DNA of 63,135 bases, the filler included, from Reticulomyxa filosa (lineage: Eukaryota > Protista > Foraminifera): NCBI GenBank assembly GCA_000512085.1. It is 19 parts of 19 records of this genome, joined end to end, with 100 filler letters (N's around TTAATTAATTAA, not from the genome) between each part and the next. Parts side by side here need not be neighbours in the genome. Positions count along the whole stretch, not along the records: positions 37,261 to 39,829 come from ASPP01023679.1; positions 39,930 to 42,063 come from ASPP01017682.1; positions 42,164 to 53,848 come from ASPP01028159.1; 16 more parts are not named here. One strand, 5' to 3'. The position numbers and the translations under genes are program-made. Of this stretch, positions 37,343 through 51,174 are shown in pieces. Below the pieces are notes generated by a model. That model had not been told where the DNA came from. It did no database searches and saw nothing but the letters and a program-made list of their open reading frames with translations. How positions within the stretch are numbered: the first letter of the stretch is position 1; each line of letters opens with the position of its first letter.

Positions 37343-38307
37343 ACCTCATCCAAAATAAAGCCAAGAAAAAGCAAAACCACAACACAAAGACAATCACGCC
37401 GAATGCGATTTCTGCTTTGCCAATATTTTCCGTTTCAGGATCGGACGCATTATTCGCGCCATCCTTGATGAGCCAGACACCAACAAAAAGCCCACCCACT
37501 AATATTCCAATGATTGATAAAATCACCAAACAACGTCCAAGACAGCTAATAAATTTGATATAAACAAAAGCAATGGCAATGGCAATAAACGCGCTTCCGA
37601 AAATAAGCCACTTGGCTGTATCCAAGTCACCAATCGCTCGGTTCAAACTCTCTGTATCAGAATTGAATGAATAGCTTGTTGCGTTGTCGTCCACATAGGA
37701 TTCGTCAGGAATGCACCAACCATTTAAAACTGTACGTATACGTTTTTGTTTTTTTTAAATGTTCAAATATTTTTTTTGTAATTCCCCCCCCCCCCCTCTT
37801 CTCTCGTCCCTTTTTTATTAAAGCTAATGTTTGAAACAGTTAATAGATGATAATGACGTAACAGGAAGAACTCGGGTAATTGTTAATCATTTTTGTTTGA
37901 TTGTTTTTGGTTGAATCACTGGTGTAGTTGCAATCCGTTACGCAGATGCGTATATTATAACTTGTCTCTAATGCCGGCCACGCCACAAATTTTCCGTCAT
38001 TGTTGCCTGACTCGCACAAATTTCCTTGGTAATCTGTTCCGTGTACCAAATACTCTGGATTGGCGCCGTTGGAAGAAGCGTAAATGATGAGCACCATTTG
38101 TGAGATCAACACTCCCAACAAAATCAATAGACATGGCACATCCGTACAATTACGGTCTTTGTTTTGGGTTACTTCTGCAATTGGTCTTTTTTCCCATTTG
38201 TCTTCTGGAATGCAACAACCCAAACCAGCCCAGGTGCAACATATTTCCCACCAACTTTTGGTGATGGTATCTTTCTCAACCAATGGATTTTTAGGATTTT
38301 CAGACAT
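37343..38307 (-). CDS. Choline transporter-like (CTL/SLC44) protein, N-terminal part
   Basis: DRNCTDVPCLLIL, LVHGTDYQGNLC, RICVTDC and AIGDLDTAKWLIFG, followed by TM helices. Confidence 0.88.
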
Positions 38308-38847
38308 GAGTATGCTTATTTCCTGTCACAAAAAGCCCAGCTTTATTTTTTGTGATATGAATGTTTTTAAAAAATAAGTTTCTGCAAGTGCATTGTATGA
38401 ATACTCAAAGAAATAAACTTTCACTATGTGTTTTTATGCTTGAAAAAAGTTTTCAAATATGATCTTGTCAATCTTGGAGATTAAAAAAAAAAAAAGCAAT
38501 ATCTTGTAAAGACAGAACAACAAGCCATCAATGATCGAGCACGTGGCATTTTGCAAATAACTTTTGACAAGCCGACTCTCAAAGCGCAGACTGTCTATTA
38601 AGATAGTGAGAGGCTCTCTATCTTTAAAGTTTTTTTTTGTTCAGATTATGATTGTTCAAAAATATTCAACCAAATTAAGTTGGTGCGTGAAACGTTCAAG
38701 TTTGAGTGTACAAAAAAAAGAGCCCCTAAAGAAACCACACAACAACTTCACATGACAAATACAAAGAAAGCTATTTTTTTTTTTTTTTGAAAAAACCCAC
38801 CCCGAGAAAAAAAGCATATTGTCAAAATGAGAAGCGTTATTTTTTTT

Positions 38848-39768
38848 TTACAAGAGTTGAGCTCCAAATAACATGAAAAGAGCAAACATGATCGCAGAAA
38901 GAGAGCTGACCATGAGAGAACCAGAGAGGTGAGTGGGAGATAAGGTGGGAGGATAAGATACGCACAAGTTTTCAGTATTTACACCGCCGCAAACTTCGGA
39001 GCCAACAGGGGTGATAGGCAGAAAGTTATCAGACTTGGTGCAGCTATCACTGATGTTATAATATCCCATTAAGCCACGATCTTCATGGGGCAAATAATGA
39101 CAATGCATAAGCACTTTTCCCTTGAAATCTGCAGTTCGTACTCGAACTTTCGTCGCATTGCAAGTAGTTATGGTATCCCTCCATTCACCGTTTTGTCCGA
39201 GAAATCCGTAAGCGAGATCTTCGGTCAATTGGAAAGGATTGATATGATGGTGAAATGGATGTAAAGAGAATCGAATGTCCATTTCATAGGTTTTATTGAA
39301 CTCAAGCGTCGCTAAAGATATATCATGGCGGAAATACTGACCATTCATTCCAAACAACCGTCCCTTGATTGTTGCCTGACTATTGTTCAACTTGAAATTG
39401 AGTTTCGAGCAGTTCCTGTCTCCAAAAGGATCAGGATTAGCTATCCAACCCAAATAATGTGGATCTGTTTCATTAAACAACTTGGTTGCATTATATTTCG
39501 CGCAAGCTGTATTATCGCCATTGACTATATTTTCGATATAACCTGTCTTTGGTGGGAACGTCAATGTCTTGGGGTCGAGACTGCTTCCTTGTGCGATAGA
39601 TGAGTTCACGTTAATTGTAAACAATGTCGTATTGACCGCGTACGTCGGAAGGCAGTCTAAGAGATAGTTATTCATTGTTGAATTCCAATGTCTATCGACG
39701 ACCTTTACATCATACGTTCCGGAAGCGTTGCATTTTACTAATATCTCCGTCCGTCCACCCGTGGTCAA
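38848..39768 (-). CDS. Multicopper oxidase (laccase-like), C-terminal part with a GPI-like hydrophobic tail
   Basis: HPFHHHINPFQ, WRDTI and HCHYLPHEDRGLMG copper motifs, then a Ser/Pro/Thr linker and a hydrophobic C-terminus. Confidence 0.92.
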   Translation of the reverse strand: MTTGGRTEILVKCNASGTYDVKVVDRHWNSTMNNYLLDCLPTYAVNTTLFTINVNSSIAQGSSLDPKTLTFPPKTGYIENIVNGDNTACAKYNATKLFNETDPHYLGWIANPDPFGDRNCSKLNFKLNNSQATIKGRLFGMNGQYFRHDISLATLEFNKTYEMDIRFSLHPFHHHINPFQLTEDLAYGFLGQNGEWRDTITTCNATKVRVRTADFKGKVLMHCHYLPHEDRGLMGYYNISDSCTKSDNFLPITPVGSEVCGGVNTENLCVSYPPTLSPTHLSGSLMVSSLSAIMFALFMLFGAQLL

Positions 39769-39795
39769 GTAATATACGTATTGATACGGGTGGTC

Positions 39796-39829
<34 letters not shown>

Positions 39830-39974
39830 NNNNNNNNNNNNNNNNNNNNNNNNNNNNNNNNNNNNNNNNNNNNTTAATTAATTAANNNNNNNNNNNNNNN
39901 NNNNNNNNNNNNNNNNNNNNNNNNNNNNNAAAAAAAAAAAAATAATTCATACAAATAAAATTTAAAAAAAAAAA

Positions 39975-40697
39975 GAACTGAAATCAGTTTTTCCATCCAA
40001 GAAACTACTTCTTTTGCTTTAGTAAAGTCAGGTGCGGTTGCGCCTTTCGACAGCCCATAGCCGGGAAGATCCACTGCCACTGCTCGGTATTGGCTCTTTG
40101 CTAATATTTGTAATGTCCCCAACCCCTTCCAGGCCGCCGAAGCGTAGTTTGCACCGTGCAATAGCAATATCTCTGGCTTATGGTACCACTCATTGTTCGG
40201 CGGCTTTGCTTCACGCCAATAAATACTACTGTCGTCTATAGTCACTGTTTTACCATCCCACACACACACACACATGCCACGCTTTTTTTTTTTTTGTAAG
40301 GTATGTTTCATGTTTGTGACACCTCACGCATGTTCGCTTTTTTTTTTTTGTTGCTGTTGTTTTTTTCAAATTCGAAAATGCCCCCCCCCTTTCTATTGTT
40401 TATTTTTTATAAAGTCGTTCGACTTTATAAAAAGCGCTTTGTCACATAAACAGAAACGGAAAGAATACCTGTCCCCTCTTCGACTGGAATTGATCTTGTG
40501 TCTGTGTTGAACCCAACAACTTGCTCCACAATCATTCCTCCTTTGGATCCTGGGGCCATTACGTAAAACAGTATCACCACGAAAGTAAGAGCAACACATA
40601 CAATACAGCCAATTATGTTTGTTGGTGAGTTCTGGTTTGAAGGTGAAACAATATCTTTTGCTGAGCGTATCACACGTGCTTTTCTTAAAAGATCCAT
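39975..40697 (-). CDS. ABHD14-like alpha/beta hydrolase with an N-terminal TM anchor (partial)
   Basis: ILLLHGANYASAAWKGLGTLQILAKSQYRAVAVDLPGYG. The upstream exon has the TM segment IIGCIVCVALTFVVILFYV. Confidence 0.85.
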
Positions 40698-41229
40698 TTG
40701 TGATATGTCGGTCCAAAAAAAAAAACTCACTTTGCAAAAAAAAAAAAAGCAGGGGTCGATATTCCGTAACTTACTGACGCCATGTGGTAAAAATTTTACT
40801 TGTTTTTTTAAATCAATTTTTGTTAACGATTTTAAACCTTATTCTTTAAGAAATGTCCCCCTTTTTTTTTTTTTTTGCTCATAAGTAACGAAAAATGACA
40901 AACCGACAAAGCAATCAAAACAGATTCTTAATTTTTGGTGAGAACAAAAAATAGAGAAAACGGTAAAATAACTACGGATAAAAGCCATGTCAATAGCCAC
41001 CAAAAAGAAAATTGAATTGGGTACACCACATCGCAAAAAAAAAAAAAAAAAAACACAAAAAAACAAAGCAAAACAATGGGGGAAAAAACACACCACAAAA
41101 GCAGATCCGAGTTTGAATTGTTTTGTTTTGTTTTTTTTTGTAGTAGTAATTGTTCTTGTTTTAAGAATGGTTTAAAACACACTAAATCTTCGTTTGGACT
41201 TTTTATTTTCTTTAATTAAAACAGTAATT

Positions 41230-41978
41230 TTTTCACGCAAAGCTTGAATGTCGATGCGTGTCCTCCACACATCATTTTCGGCAATCTTAGTGCTTCTCGT
41301 GTTGGTTACCTCATGTTTTAATTCTTCGATTCGTTCTTCCAATTCCGATAATATCTGGTTAATGGACGTACCTTCAGATGATTTCTATTGGAGTACACAT
41401 ACACACAAAGATTTTTTTTTAAAAAAGAAGAATCATTTTGAAACATAGTTATGACCTGAACAACTTCGTTTTGGGCCAATTGTTTGACTTCCAAAAATGT
41501 TTTGTGGAGGTTTTTTAATTCATCCACTAATTGAAGATAAAGCATTGGATTGACTTCTCGCTCTTTCGTTTCGTTGCTTCGTAGAAAGTTGCCACTGATT
41601 TATGTATAAATTGTGTATAAAAACAAATCATTGAGATATTGTTCCATTTGTAATAATAATAGCAATAATAATAATAATAATAATAAATAAAATAAAAATA
41701 AAAAGACCTATGCTTGCGACTTTGAGGACGGTTTCTATCTTTGAAGTCGACAGTAACTTCCAAAGCACGCAATTTAGACAGGTCTTCACGAGACGCTTTC
41801 TCTCGAAGCAATCGCAACGCTTCGACCCACATTTTCATTTCGTCCACTGACTTGGCAACCAAGTTTAAAGAGCGCGTGTGCCCATCATACCATATTGTAA
41901 AGGATGCTGGTTCCAATGTTTTCCAAGCAATTCGCTCAAATTCCTTCGTGTGTTGTCCTGTCAGTACTTCATTGATAT
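41230..41978 (-). CDS. PH domain (PLC-type) + coiled-coil protein, 3' exons
   Basis: DINEVLTGQHTKEF..SFTIWY..RSLNLVAKSVDEMKMWVEAL is a typical PLC-like PH C-terminal half. Confidence 0.75.
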
Positions 41979-42163
41979 CTATTATTTTATTCGTGTTGTT
42001 ATGTTATCTTTTCTTCTTTTTTTTAACACTTTATGCCAATTACATATGTGTGTGTGTGTGTGTNNNNNNNNNNNNNNNNNNNNNNNNNNNNNNNNNNNNN
42101 NNNNNNNTTAATTAATTAANNNNNNNNNNNNNNNNNNNNNNNNNNNNNNNNNNNNNNNNNNNN

Positions 42164-43974
42164 TTGAAAAACAAAACAAACATATTGCTTGACAAAGATG
42201 GAAGATTGGTAGCATTTGGTCAAGAGGCAACTGATAAATACACTTCAAGTACCGATCGTTCCTTAGAATTTTATGAAAGATTCAAAATGGCTTTATATGG
42301 TTAGGCTTCAAATTTTTTTTTTAATAAAAAATCAGATTGCAAAAAATATTATAACATAAACAATAACAGATAAAACATTGGAGGAAGTGCACGAACGCGT
42401 ACGCGACGATGAAAAAAAAGAAATGGATTTGGAGCCTTATTTGACAGCTGCAAATGGAAAAAAAAGAAAATCTGTGGATGTGTTGGTGGAAGCCTTTAAA
42501 TTTATGAGGAAACACATAATGAAAGTGCTCAGAGATACCAAATTTGTGGAAAAGATTGAAGATGTGCAATGGGTAGTGACTGTGCCTGCCATTTGGTCCA
42601 ACACTGCAAAAAACAGAATGAGAGAAGCAGCCATTCTTGCAGAATTGATAAGTGAATCCATTCCTGATCATTTGATGATTGCATTCGAGCCAGGTGTGAT
42701 CAACTTTAAAAAGTAGCTCTTCCTTCCCTTCCAAAAAAAAAAAAAAATATATATATATATATGCATACATATATAATAAAATAACAGAGTGTGGAAGTGT
42801 TGTTGCACGCAATTATTGCGATTTAAAAAAAGATGACAAATATATTCTGTTGGATTTGGGCGGAGGCACTGCCGATATTGCTTGTCATCGTGTGTTGGAT
42901 GGAATAAATGTGTCTCAAATCTATGCTCCAAGTGGTGGTCCATGGGGAAGCACATACGTAGACGAAGCATTTTGGGAAATGCTGTGTGAAATTTTTGGAA
43001 AAGAATCAATGAACGAATTTAAATCCAAGCGCCCAAACGAATTTGTTCGACTAAAAGAGAGTTTTCGACAGGCCAAACACAAATATGATCCGGAGTCTGG
43101 AGAAGCGCCCCCAGTGAACCTGGACGATTTAGCAGATTTCATGGACGAGTGCGACATTGACATGGAGACATTTGGCAAGAAAGCGAAAGAGTATAAACTA
43201 AAAGATAAAAGTGGTGTGTTTGAATTGGAAGAAAATATTTGGAGGCTGTTTTTAGGTCATGATGGATGGAAATTTTTAATGGACAAAGTGATTGATCCTC
43301 TTATCGATCATGTACGTAAACTATTGGCAGAACCAGAATTGAGAGGATGTCAGACCATGTTATGCGTAGGAGGATTATCCACATCACCCTATGTAATGCA
43401 ACGCTTACGAGATGTATTTATCGTAGAGCGTAAAATAATCAAGACAATCACAAAACCAGAACAACCCATTTTGGCAGTGGTGGAAGGTGCTGCTCGATTT
43501 GGTATGGCTCCATCTTTAATTGCAGAATACATAATGACGTGTACGTACGGATTAAAATGTGTTCGCTTTTGGGCCGAATCTGACGGAGAAGAGGGTAAAC
43601 TTTGGAGTGAAAATGACGGTCGATATGTGTATGAGGAAGGGTTTGAAATATTTGTTCGCAAAGGCACCAAAATGAATGTGCATGACCCTCCAAAGTTGCA
43701 ATATTTCCAACCTCTCAATAAAGACGATAAAGAAATCACCATTGAGATTCATCGCAGCGATGAAGAAGATCCTAAACAATGTACTGAAGACACTTTTTGT
43801 GCTCGGGCCACCTTTAAGCTACCAAATGACTGGTGGGAAGGAGAAGACTTTGCAGAAAAAGAAATCCCAATTGCTTTCTTTTTCAACCGAGCCGAAATTC
43901 AAGTTAAGGTTGAATTGGAAAATTATCCGGATAAAGAAAGATTTATCAAGATTGATTGGTCAAAAGGAGTGTAA
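42164..43974 (+). CDS. HSPA12-like atypical Hsp70 (partial, multi-exon)
   Basis: LVAFGQEA, FKMALY, WVVTVPAIWSNTAKNRMREAA, IAFEPE, DLGGGTADI, SGGPWGSTYVD, CVGGLSTSPY and AVVEGA. Confidence 0.92.
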
Positions 43975-46057
43975 GGAATGGATTCCAATCATTCTTTTTT
44001 TTCTTAGGTGTTTTGAGTTGGATCGTTTCTTTTGTGTGGTGTGAGGCTTGTTCCACATTTTTTTAGAGCTACTCAAAATCTCTTCCAACTAAAAACAAAT
44101 AAATGAATAGAGACTTTATTATTGAAAAAAAATAACAAAAGAAGTCAACATCTTTTTAATCAATTTTTTGGTTTACGTTCAAGCACTGAAACACAAAGAG
44201 GATAAAAAATTTTGTTTCAAAATACAAGTGCAAAAAGTCATTTTTTCGTACATCTCTGTCACTCCTAGCTTTTTTTTACTCTATTATTTCCATCATTAAC
44301 AAGACAGAAGTGGAGACTTGGTTATAATGAATAATTGCACATTTGATAGTGTATGTATTTTTGAACAATACAACCAAAAAATTTTGCAATGATATCTATC
44401 CATTCGGTTTGAAAGAGAAAGAGTTGATGGATTCAACGTAGTTTGTTTTTTTTTTTTTATCAGAGACAAATAGACTCGTTTCCAATTCCAGATAGTGAGA
44501 ATAAAAGCTGTTGCTGTATAGCATAGCTTTGACACATTTAATAGAATTGAAAGTAATAAAGACCCATTTGTAAATTCATTTCAAATATCAATGCGTAAAA
44601 TTTACCATTGAATTGCAAGGGTCGCTACAACGTCCTTCCAACTTTTTCTCCTTGCAAGTTTCTACTTCTATTCTCAATCTAAAGAGAGCAAAAAAGCTGT
44701 TATGTCGCACGATTGCAGAGAGATGTTGGGATATTATTCTCTTTGGAAACAAAATCTGGAAAATAGGGGCTTTACGAAGAAAGAACGTGGGACATACACT
44801 CGCTCATGGGGTGAATACAATGTGACAGTGTTAAGTATTAAATTATTATGTTTGCTGTTTTGCGCGTTCCTTTGTCTTTGAAATTTCATTTTTCCGTCTC
44901 TTGTAACTCTTGTTTTTGAAGTGGCTCTTATTTTTATGTTCTTTTGATTGGTATTATTTAAAAAATGTTTAATAACATAAAGCTTCCTGGAAGAACATGT
45001 TCCAAATTGTTCGCTTATCATAAAGGTTAATCGTCCGCAAATGTGTCAGTACTCAGATCCATTTATTGATAATCTGCGAAACAACTGTTTGCAGATGGAA
45101 GAACTTGTGGAAAGGGCTTTGAATATCCTAAGGTCAACGACAAAAAACACAGTTTAGATTATATCTGCTTGTATGTATATTCAAATGTATTTGAAGACGT
45201 TTGACATTTGACATTTACAGTTAGAAGTTGCAAAAGGTGTACCAGTGAAAGAGCTGAGCAAACTTTTTTCAGACTCAAAAGTTAGTCCATCCATTTTTAA
45301 AATCTGGAGTTCCCCTAACTCACATAAACAATTGGAATAAAACAGATTCGATGGATAGAAAACCGTCAAGAGAGTACAATAGAGCCAGCCCTTGTTCTCA
45401 AAAAAGATTCATATAAACACTTTTTTCAAACGCGCCATGGATGCTTTAGTGTTTTGACCCATGATTTGTCCGAACGATTTGTGGATATTGAGGTATGTTA
45501 TCCTTTTTTTTACTTTTTTTTTTTTTTTTTTAAATACATTGACTCACTCCATTTCATCATTGCATTATTTCATTGTTAGACAAACGACTCTCCTGAAGTG
45601 TTGAAAAAGGTTATTCGATCTTTGGTGTCGTATTACGTCAAATCGATGTCCTCTCAAGGAGTTTAGTTTATTTTAATTTTTTTAAAAAAGGGATATAATC
45701 ATTTTGTGAAAAGTGGGATGTGTAAAAAAAGCTGTCAATAGGAGCATTGGTGTCTTACGAAGTTGAAGAACATGGTTGTAAGTACATAAAAGATGCCCGC
45801 GTGAGTAGCTTTTCTATTGACAATGAAATTTTTGTGCAACTAAATGATGATTCCTGGCATCTACCAAATGCTCTATCTGTTTCGTTATATCTTTTTTTCT
45901 TTTCATTCATATGACATAAAAGATAAGTAATACACTGCAGGTGATTCCAGAACATCTAACCGCCCTATTTCTTAAAGTTATCCTAAACAATACCTTAGTT
46001 TACATATTACAGAACCAAAGCTATATCAATTGTGTATGTGCATTGTTTGGTTACAGA

Positions 46058-47269
46058 TGAAACTGAAAGAAAACAGGCAAGTGTCTACACAAAACAAAAT
46101 TTGGAATCAAAGGTTTTTTTTGTGTATCTGTCATCCAAATCAATTACAAAAAAAATAAAAAACAGAGCTCTGAATACATTGTGCAATGCCACTTCAGAAC
46201 AAAATAAAAAAAATGAACTTGAGAGGTTGTCCCAACAACTTCAAGCAATCGCAGAAGAAAATGAAGCTCTCAAAAACAATCTCAATTTATTAAATACAAA
46301 CAACTTAACCATGACCGAACGCATTGACTTTTGCGAAAGCGAGAAGAATTTACTAAAGGAGTTTACTACCACAGACAATGTCAAAGCTTTTTAATGGGCT
46401 GGGTAAAGAAAAACAAATACAAAGCGCTCACATGTGCACATATATATACAATGTGTAATCACATAACAAATATTAGGTCAAATAAACATTTGTCCCAAGA
46501 GGTGCAAAAATTGAGAGAAAGGATTCGTGAGTTGACAATTGGAGTTGGAATTGAAAGTAAATTTCCACCAGTGAATAAGATAGTAGAGAATTACGAAGCA
46601 ATAAGCAGTAATTATCGATTAAATTTGACAAGTGCAATAATAAAACAATTTAAAAATAAAAAACTAAAAGAGAAATTTGAAACGATATTTTTGGCAAGAT
46701 TTGCACATTGTGTGTCATTCACAATATTAAGATTATCTTATGAATTTATGCAATCATATTGGGATAAGCAACTATCGCTTTTGCAAAATATGTTTGGATT
46801 CAATAAAGAAACTGCACAAAGATATTTTCAGACAATATTCCAAGAACAATTTGAATTATCATTGATGCGATTATATGAAAAAGGAAAGCATTTTATTAAT
46901 TCAAAATTAAAAAAAGAAATTATTCAAGAAAATACATCTTTTGATTCAATTTATGAAACAATTGAAGAGAATAAAGAAGAAAATAAAATAAATGGAAACA
47001 AAGATAAATTAATTGAATCATGTTTACGAAGTATGTGGAGTTGTGTATTATCAAGACCTTCATTCAAACCTTATCCTTTAATTTTCACTTCCAATCCTCA
47101 ACTAAATCATCAAATTCAATCCAAAAATATTAATATTAAAAGAGAGATATTAGGAAAAGATAAAGATTGTGAGCAGATTGGTTATATTACTTGGCCAACT
47201 TTAATTCGACGTGACACCAATGAGATATTGCATATTCCAATTACTGCATGTTGTTCTCTTTTTCTCTGA
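46058..47269 (+). CDS. Coiled-coil protein with a Mieap/SPATA18-like C-terminal domain (paralog A)
   Basis: The last exon is closely similar to 48150-48955. PPVNKIVENYEAI, LIESCLRSMWSCVLSRP and GYITWPTL resemble the Mieap domain. Confidence 0.55.
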
Positions 47270-48149
47270 AGATGTAGTAAGTACAAACAGTTTGAAATGT
47301 AGCAAAATTATCACTGCTTTAAACCAAAAAAAGAGGGTATTAGAGTATTAGCCGGAAAAAATCGAAAGATCAAAGAAAAAATATTGGTTATTTGTCTGTG
47401 TTTTTTTTAAATTGTATAAGAATTTTGTTTGGAGAAACAAGATCCCTTTCCAACTTGGTCTTTGGTTTCTGTTCCGTTTTAATTGCGTAGAAAGAAAAAA
47501 CTCCTCTTTTTAACTTATGAAACATAAAACCCAGTAAACAAAATGTCTCAATTCAATGTTTGTCACTTTTGTGAAAAGTTTTATTTCATTGTTTTAAATG
47601 TTCGAGTAAAAGTTTTAAGATTCTGCCCCTTTTTCGTTACCCGTAAAAAAGGGAAATTTAGAGATAAAAAAAATCAGCTGAGAGGTACATTCTTGTTCTT
47701 ACTATATAATAAAGTGATACTATTTTTGTTTGTTTGTTTGGATTTCTTTGTTATCGAGCTTAATCTACTTTATATTGGCACGATACTTAATCGTTAGACA
47801 AGAAATTGTTCAAAATTTCTTTCTTAACATATACTGTGTCATGTGATGAAAATTATCATCTTTTAAGGTATGGTAAGTCTCTTTTTCACAAAGACTAGCT
47901 GTAATTATCAACCCAAGTAATATGCAATTTTTTGCTATTTTTCTTAATGAAAATTTTTGAATGATAACAAAAATGTTTCAATATGTCTTTCGCATTTTTT
48001 TGAATTTTTACTGGACAAAGTCTTATTTATGTAATTCAAAAAAAAAAAAAATGTTTTCTCCTGTCACCCTTTATTGCTTTATCATCCTTATTTATTCGCA
48101 GTCAAAAATTTCTGTAGCAACTTTACTTCATTTCAAAATGGATTGTGTT

Positions 48150-51058
48150 TCACGTCTCCAGAGAAGGGGTATAACACGCAGAAATTGGAGTATTTAATAC
48201 TTCATTGGTGTCACACCGAATTAGAGTTGGCCAAGTGATATAACCAATCTGATCACAGTCTCTATCTTTTCCTAATCGCTCTTTACTAATGTTGATATGT
48301 TTGGACTGAATTTCATGTTCCAAACGTGCATTGGAAGTGAAAATTAAAGGATAAAGTTCCAATGAAGGTCTTGATAATACACAACTCCACATACTTCGTA
48401 AACATGATTCAATCAATGCATTTCTCTTCGCTTTGACTTCATTATCTTCTTCGTCTTTTTCTTCTCCTTCACTCTCTTGAATTGTTTCATAAATTGAACG
48501 AAAAGACGAATGTTCTTTGATGAGTTGTAGTTTCAGATTAGAATGAACAAATGTTTTTCCTTGAAGATGCAATTTGATAAAAGAAGCATTGAATTGTTCC
48601 TGGAATATTGTTTGAAAATATCTTTGTGCAGTTTCTTTATTGAATCCAAACGTAGTTTGCAAAAGTGATAATTGATCACTCCAATATGATTGTATGAATT
48701 CATAAGATAATCTTAATATTGTGAATGACACACAATGTGCAAATCTTGCCAAAAATGTCGCTTCAAATTTCTCTGTTAACTTTTCATCACTTTTTAATTG
48801 CTTTATTATTGCACTCGTTAATTTCAATCGATAATTACTGCTTATTGCTTCATAATCTTCTACTATCTTATTCACTGGTGGAAATTCACTTTCAATTCCA
48901 ACTCCAATTGTCAACTCACGAATTCTTCCTCTCAATTGTTTCACCTCTTGCGATAATTGTGCATTTGTTCTTCAAAAAAAAAAAAAAAGAAACATCATGT
49001 ATTTTTTTTTTTTGTAAAATGTATACGTATTTGCCGCAACAAATATAAAAAGAACAATAAAGCAATACTCTTTAGATTCGTTGGATTGTTGTCTGTAAGT
49101 CTCCATTTCATTGATCAAAATATCTTTTTCCGAGTGCAAGGAACTCAAGGCACTTCGGTTCTTTTCGTTTAGCGTGACGTGTTCGTGTAACTTGGTTTTG
49201 GTAGTATCCAATTGGGTCTTCTGTTGTTGGTAATCAGACTCTAATTTTCTGATTTTGGTTTCACGTCTGTCTAATTCCTCTTTTTGAGCTTCTTTTTCAC
49301 GAGTAAGCTGTGCATTGTCCTTGGTCAGCTGCTGTTTTTCATCTTTCAAAGTGTCGATTTGTCTCATTTGTTGTTTGTTATCTTTGTCCGAGTTATTTAT
49401 TTGTGTTTTCAAAATGTTAATTTGTTTGAGATGTTGTTCAATTTCCCCTTTGTGGTCGTTGATTTGCTGTATCTGCTTGTTGTTCTCTTTTTTCAAAGAT
49501 TCGATATGATTCATTCGTTCGTTGTATTTTTCTTTCCAACTATTTGCTTGTTTTATTTGTTCCTTTTTTTCATTCTCACTTTTGTTGAGTGCTGCTGTTA
49601 AACTACCAATTTCAGTGTTATTTTTTTTAATTATCGCCTTGACCTGGTCCAATTTTTCGCTCAAATCTGCGTTTTCATTATCGAGTTTGAGATTCTTATC
49701 AGCAAGACTTTCGTTTTGTTCGGTTACTGTATCAATGTGTTTCTGCAACTGCTTATTTTTATTTTCCAGATTTGCTAGTTTATTTTGCAGGTCTTGTATT
49801 GTTTGTCTTTCCTCCTCTAAGGACTGTAATAATTTCAATCGCTCTCTATTTTCGTTTTGTTGTGCACATATCCTCCACTCCAAAGTAACTGACTCTGATC
49901 TTCCCTCATTTCAACACAAACAACTACCGAATGCAATCCTAACTCATTTGCTCCTTCCATCGATATCTGGTTCTATGATATATAAATCACCGACCATTTT
50001 TGTACAAACGTATAAGAAATAAAAAAGAAAAAGTCTTGTTTTGACTTAACCGAATTGATCAAAGCACTTGCATAATCAGGTACCACCTTTTTTTTTTTAA
50101 ATTATTACTTGTTGTTTTGTTACAATTTGTTTAAAGCGAAAACAACTTCAAAAAAAAAAAAAAGGGTATTCAAGTAATACAATATAATTTCTCACCTTCA
50201 ACTGTTCTACCCATACTCCTTCTTTGGCATCCGTCCAAGCGTAAATGAATTCATCTACCAAATATAGATGGATTACCGAAAAACTTTTTTTGAGCTTGAT
50301 AGTCTTTGAGAAGAACCAATTAGATGATACTGTTTCCGTATAATCCATGATCGTTTTGCTTTTCACCAACTGTTATGTTGGCATTCTCATGTTTATATGT
50401 ACGAAAATTCAGACCGCATTGACAAAAAATGGAGGGGGGAAAAAAAGTAATATATATAACTGCTTTAGACGCCATCTGTTGCATGAGACACTCATAGATA
50501 GCCAGCACTTCTTTTTCGATGTGCTCACGTCTCTAATATAGTATTGGTTTTATTATGGTTTTTGACAACAACAAGCACAAGAAAAACAAAAACAGAGCGA
50601 GTTGTGAAAACGAACCATTGGCATCAATTGCTCAGTGTCAGGAGGGAAATAGATATATTCTCCTTTCATAGTTTGTACGATCAATCCGCCTTTACAATCT
50701 TTACCATCGACAAATGGATCCATTTGCTCAATGAACACAGGTTCTCTTTGTTTACTGCCAGCTGGCTTGTGCCAACGAAACTTTTTTTTTTTTTTATTAG
50801 GTAATCAATTGATCAAAAAAAAAAGTTAGCCTAAGGTATGGCATTGACAAAATAAACTTGACACAAAGTAAACAAAACTTGACCCCACAAATCATTGGTT
50901 TTTGATGGATTTGAATTTTCCTTACTGGCTCCGGCTTTATTCTGTGCGAACACACGTGGCTCCGGTTAAAAAAAGACACATAAAAAAAAAAGATTTAGAC
51001 TAACCCTTGCTTCGCTTGGTCGTTTTTCTTCAATTGGCTCCGTTTTTCTTGATGACAT
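48150..51058 (-). CDS. Long coiled-coil protein with a Mieap-like C-terminal domain (paralog B, multi-exon; 5' limit uncertain)
   Basis: 303-aa coiled-coil ORF at 48972-49883 plus a 264-aa last exon. Further exon-like segments run up to about 51058. Confidence 0.6.
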
Positions 51059-51174
51059 TTGTGATGGACGTTCATTTTCGCGCTTGCAAATTTATGCAAA
51101 TTTATTTGCATATACAAACAAAAAAAAAAATATGGAGTTCTAGATTGGAATAAAATATTTGTGGAGTGGACTTT

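Noticed and set aside
44300-45960. Short ORFs between HSPA12 and paralog A
   Set aside because: They may be small exons or relics, but no consistent frame or motif was found.
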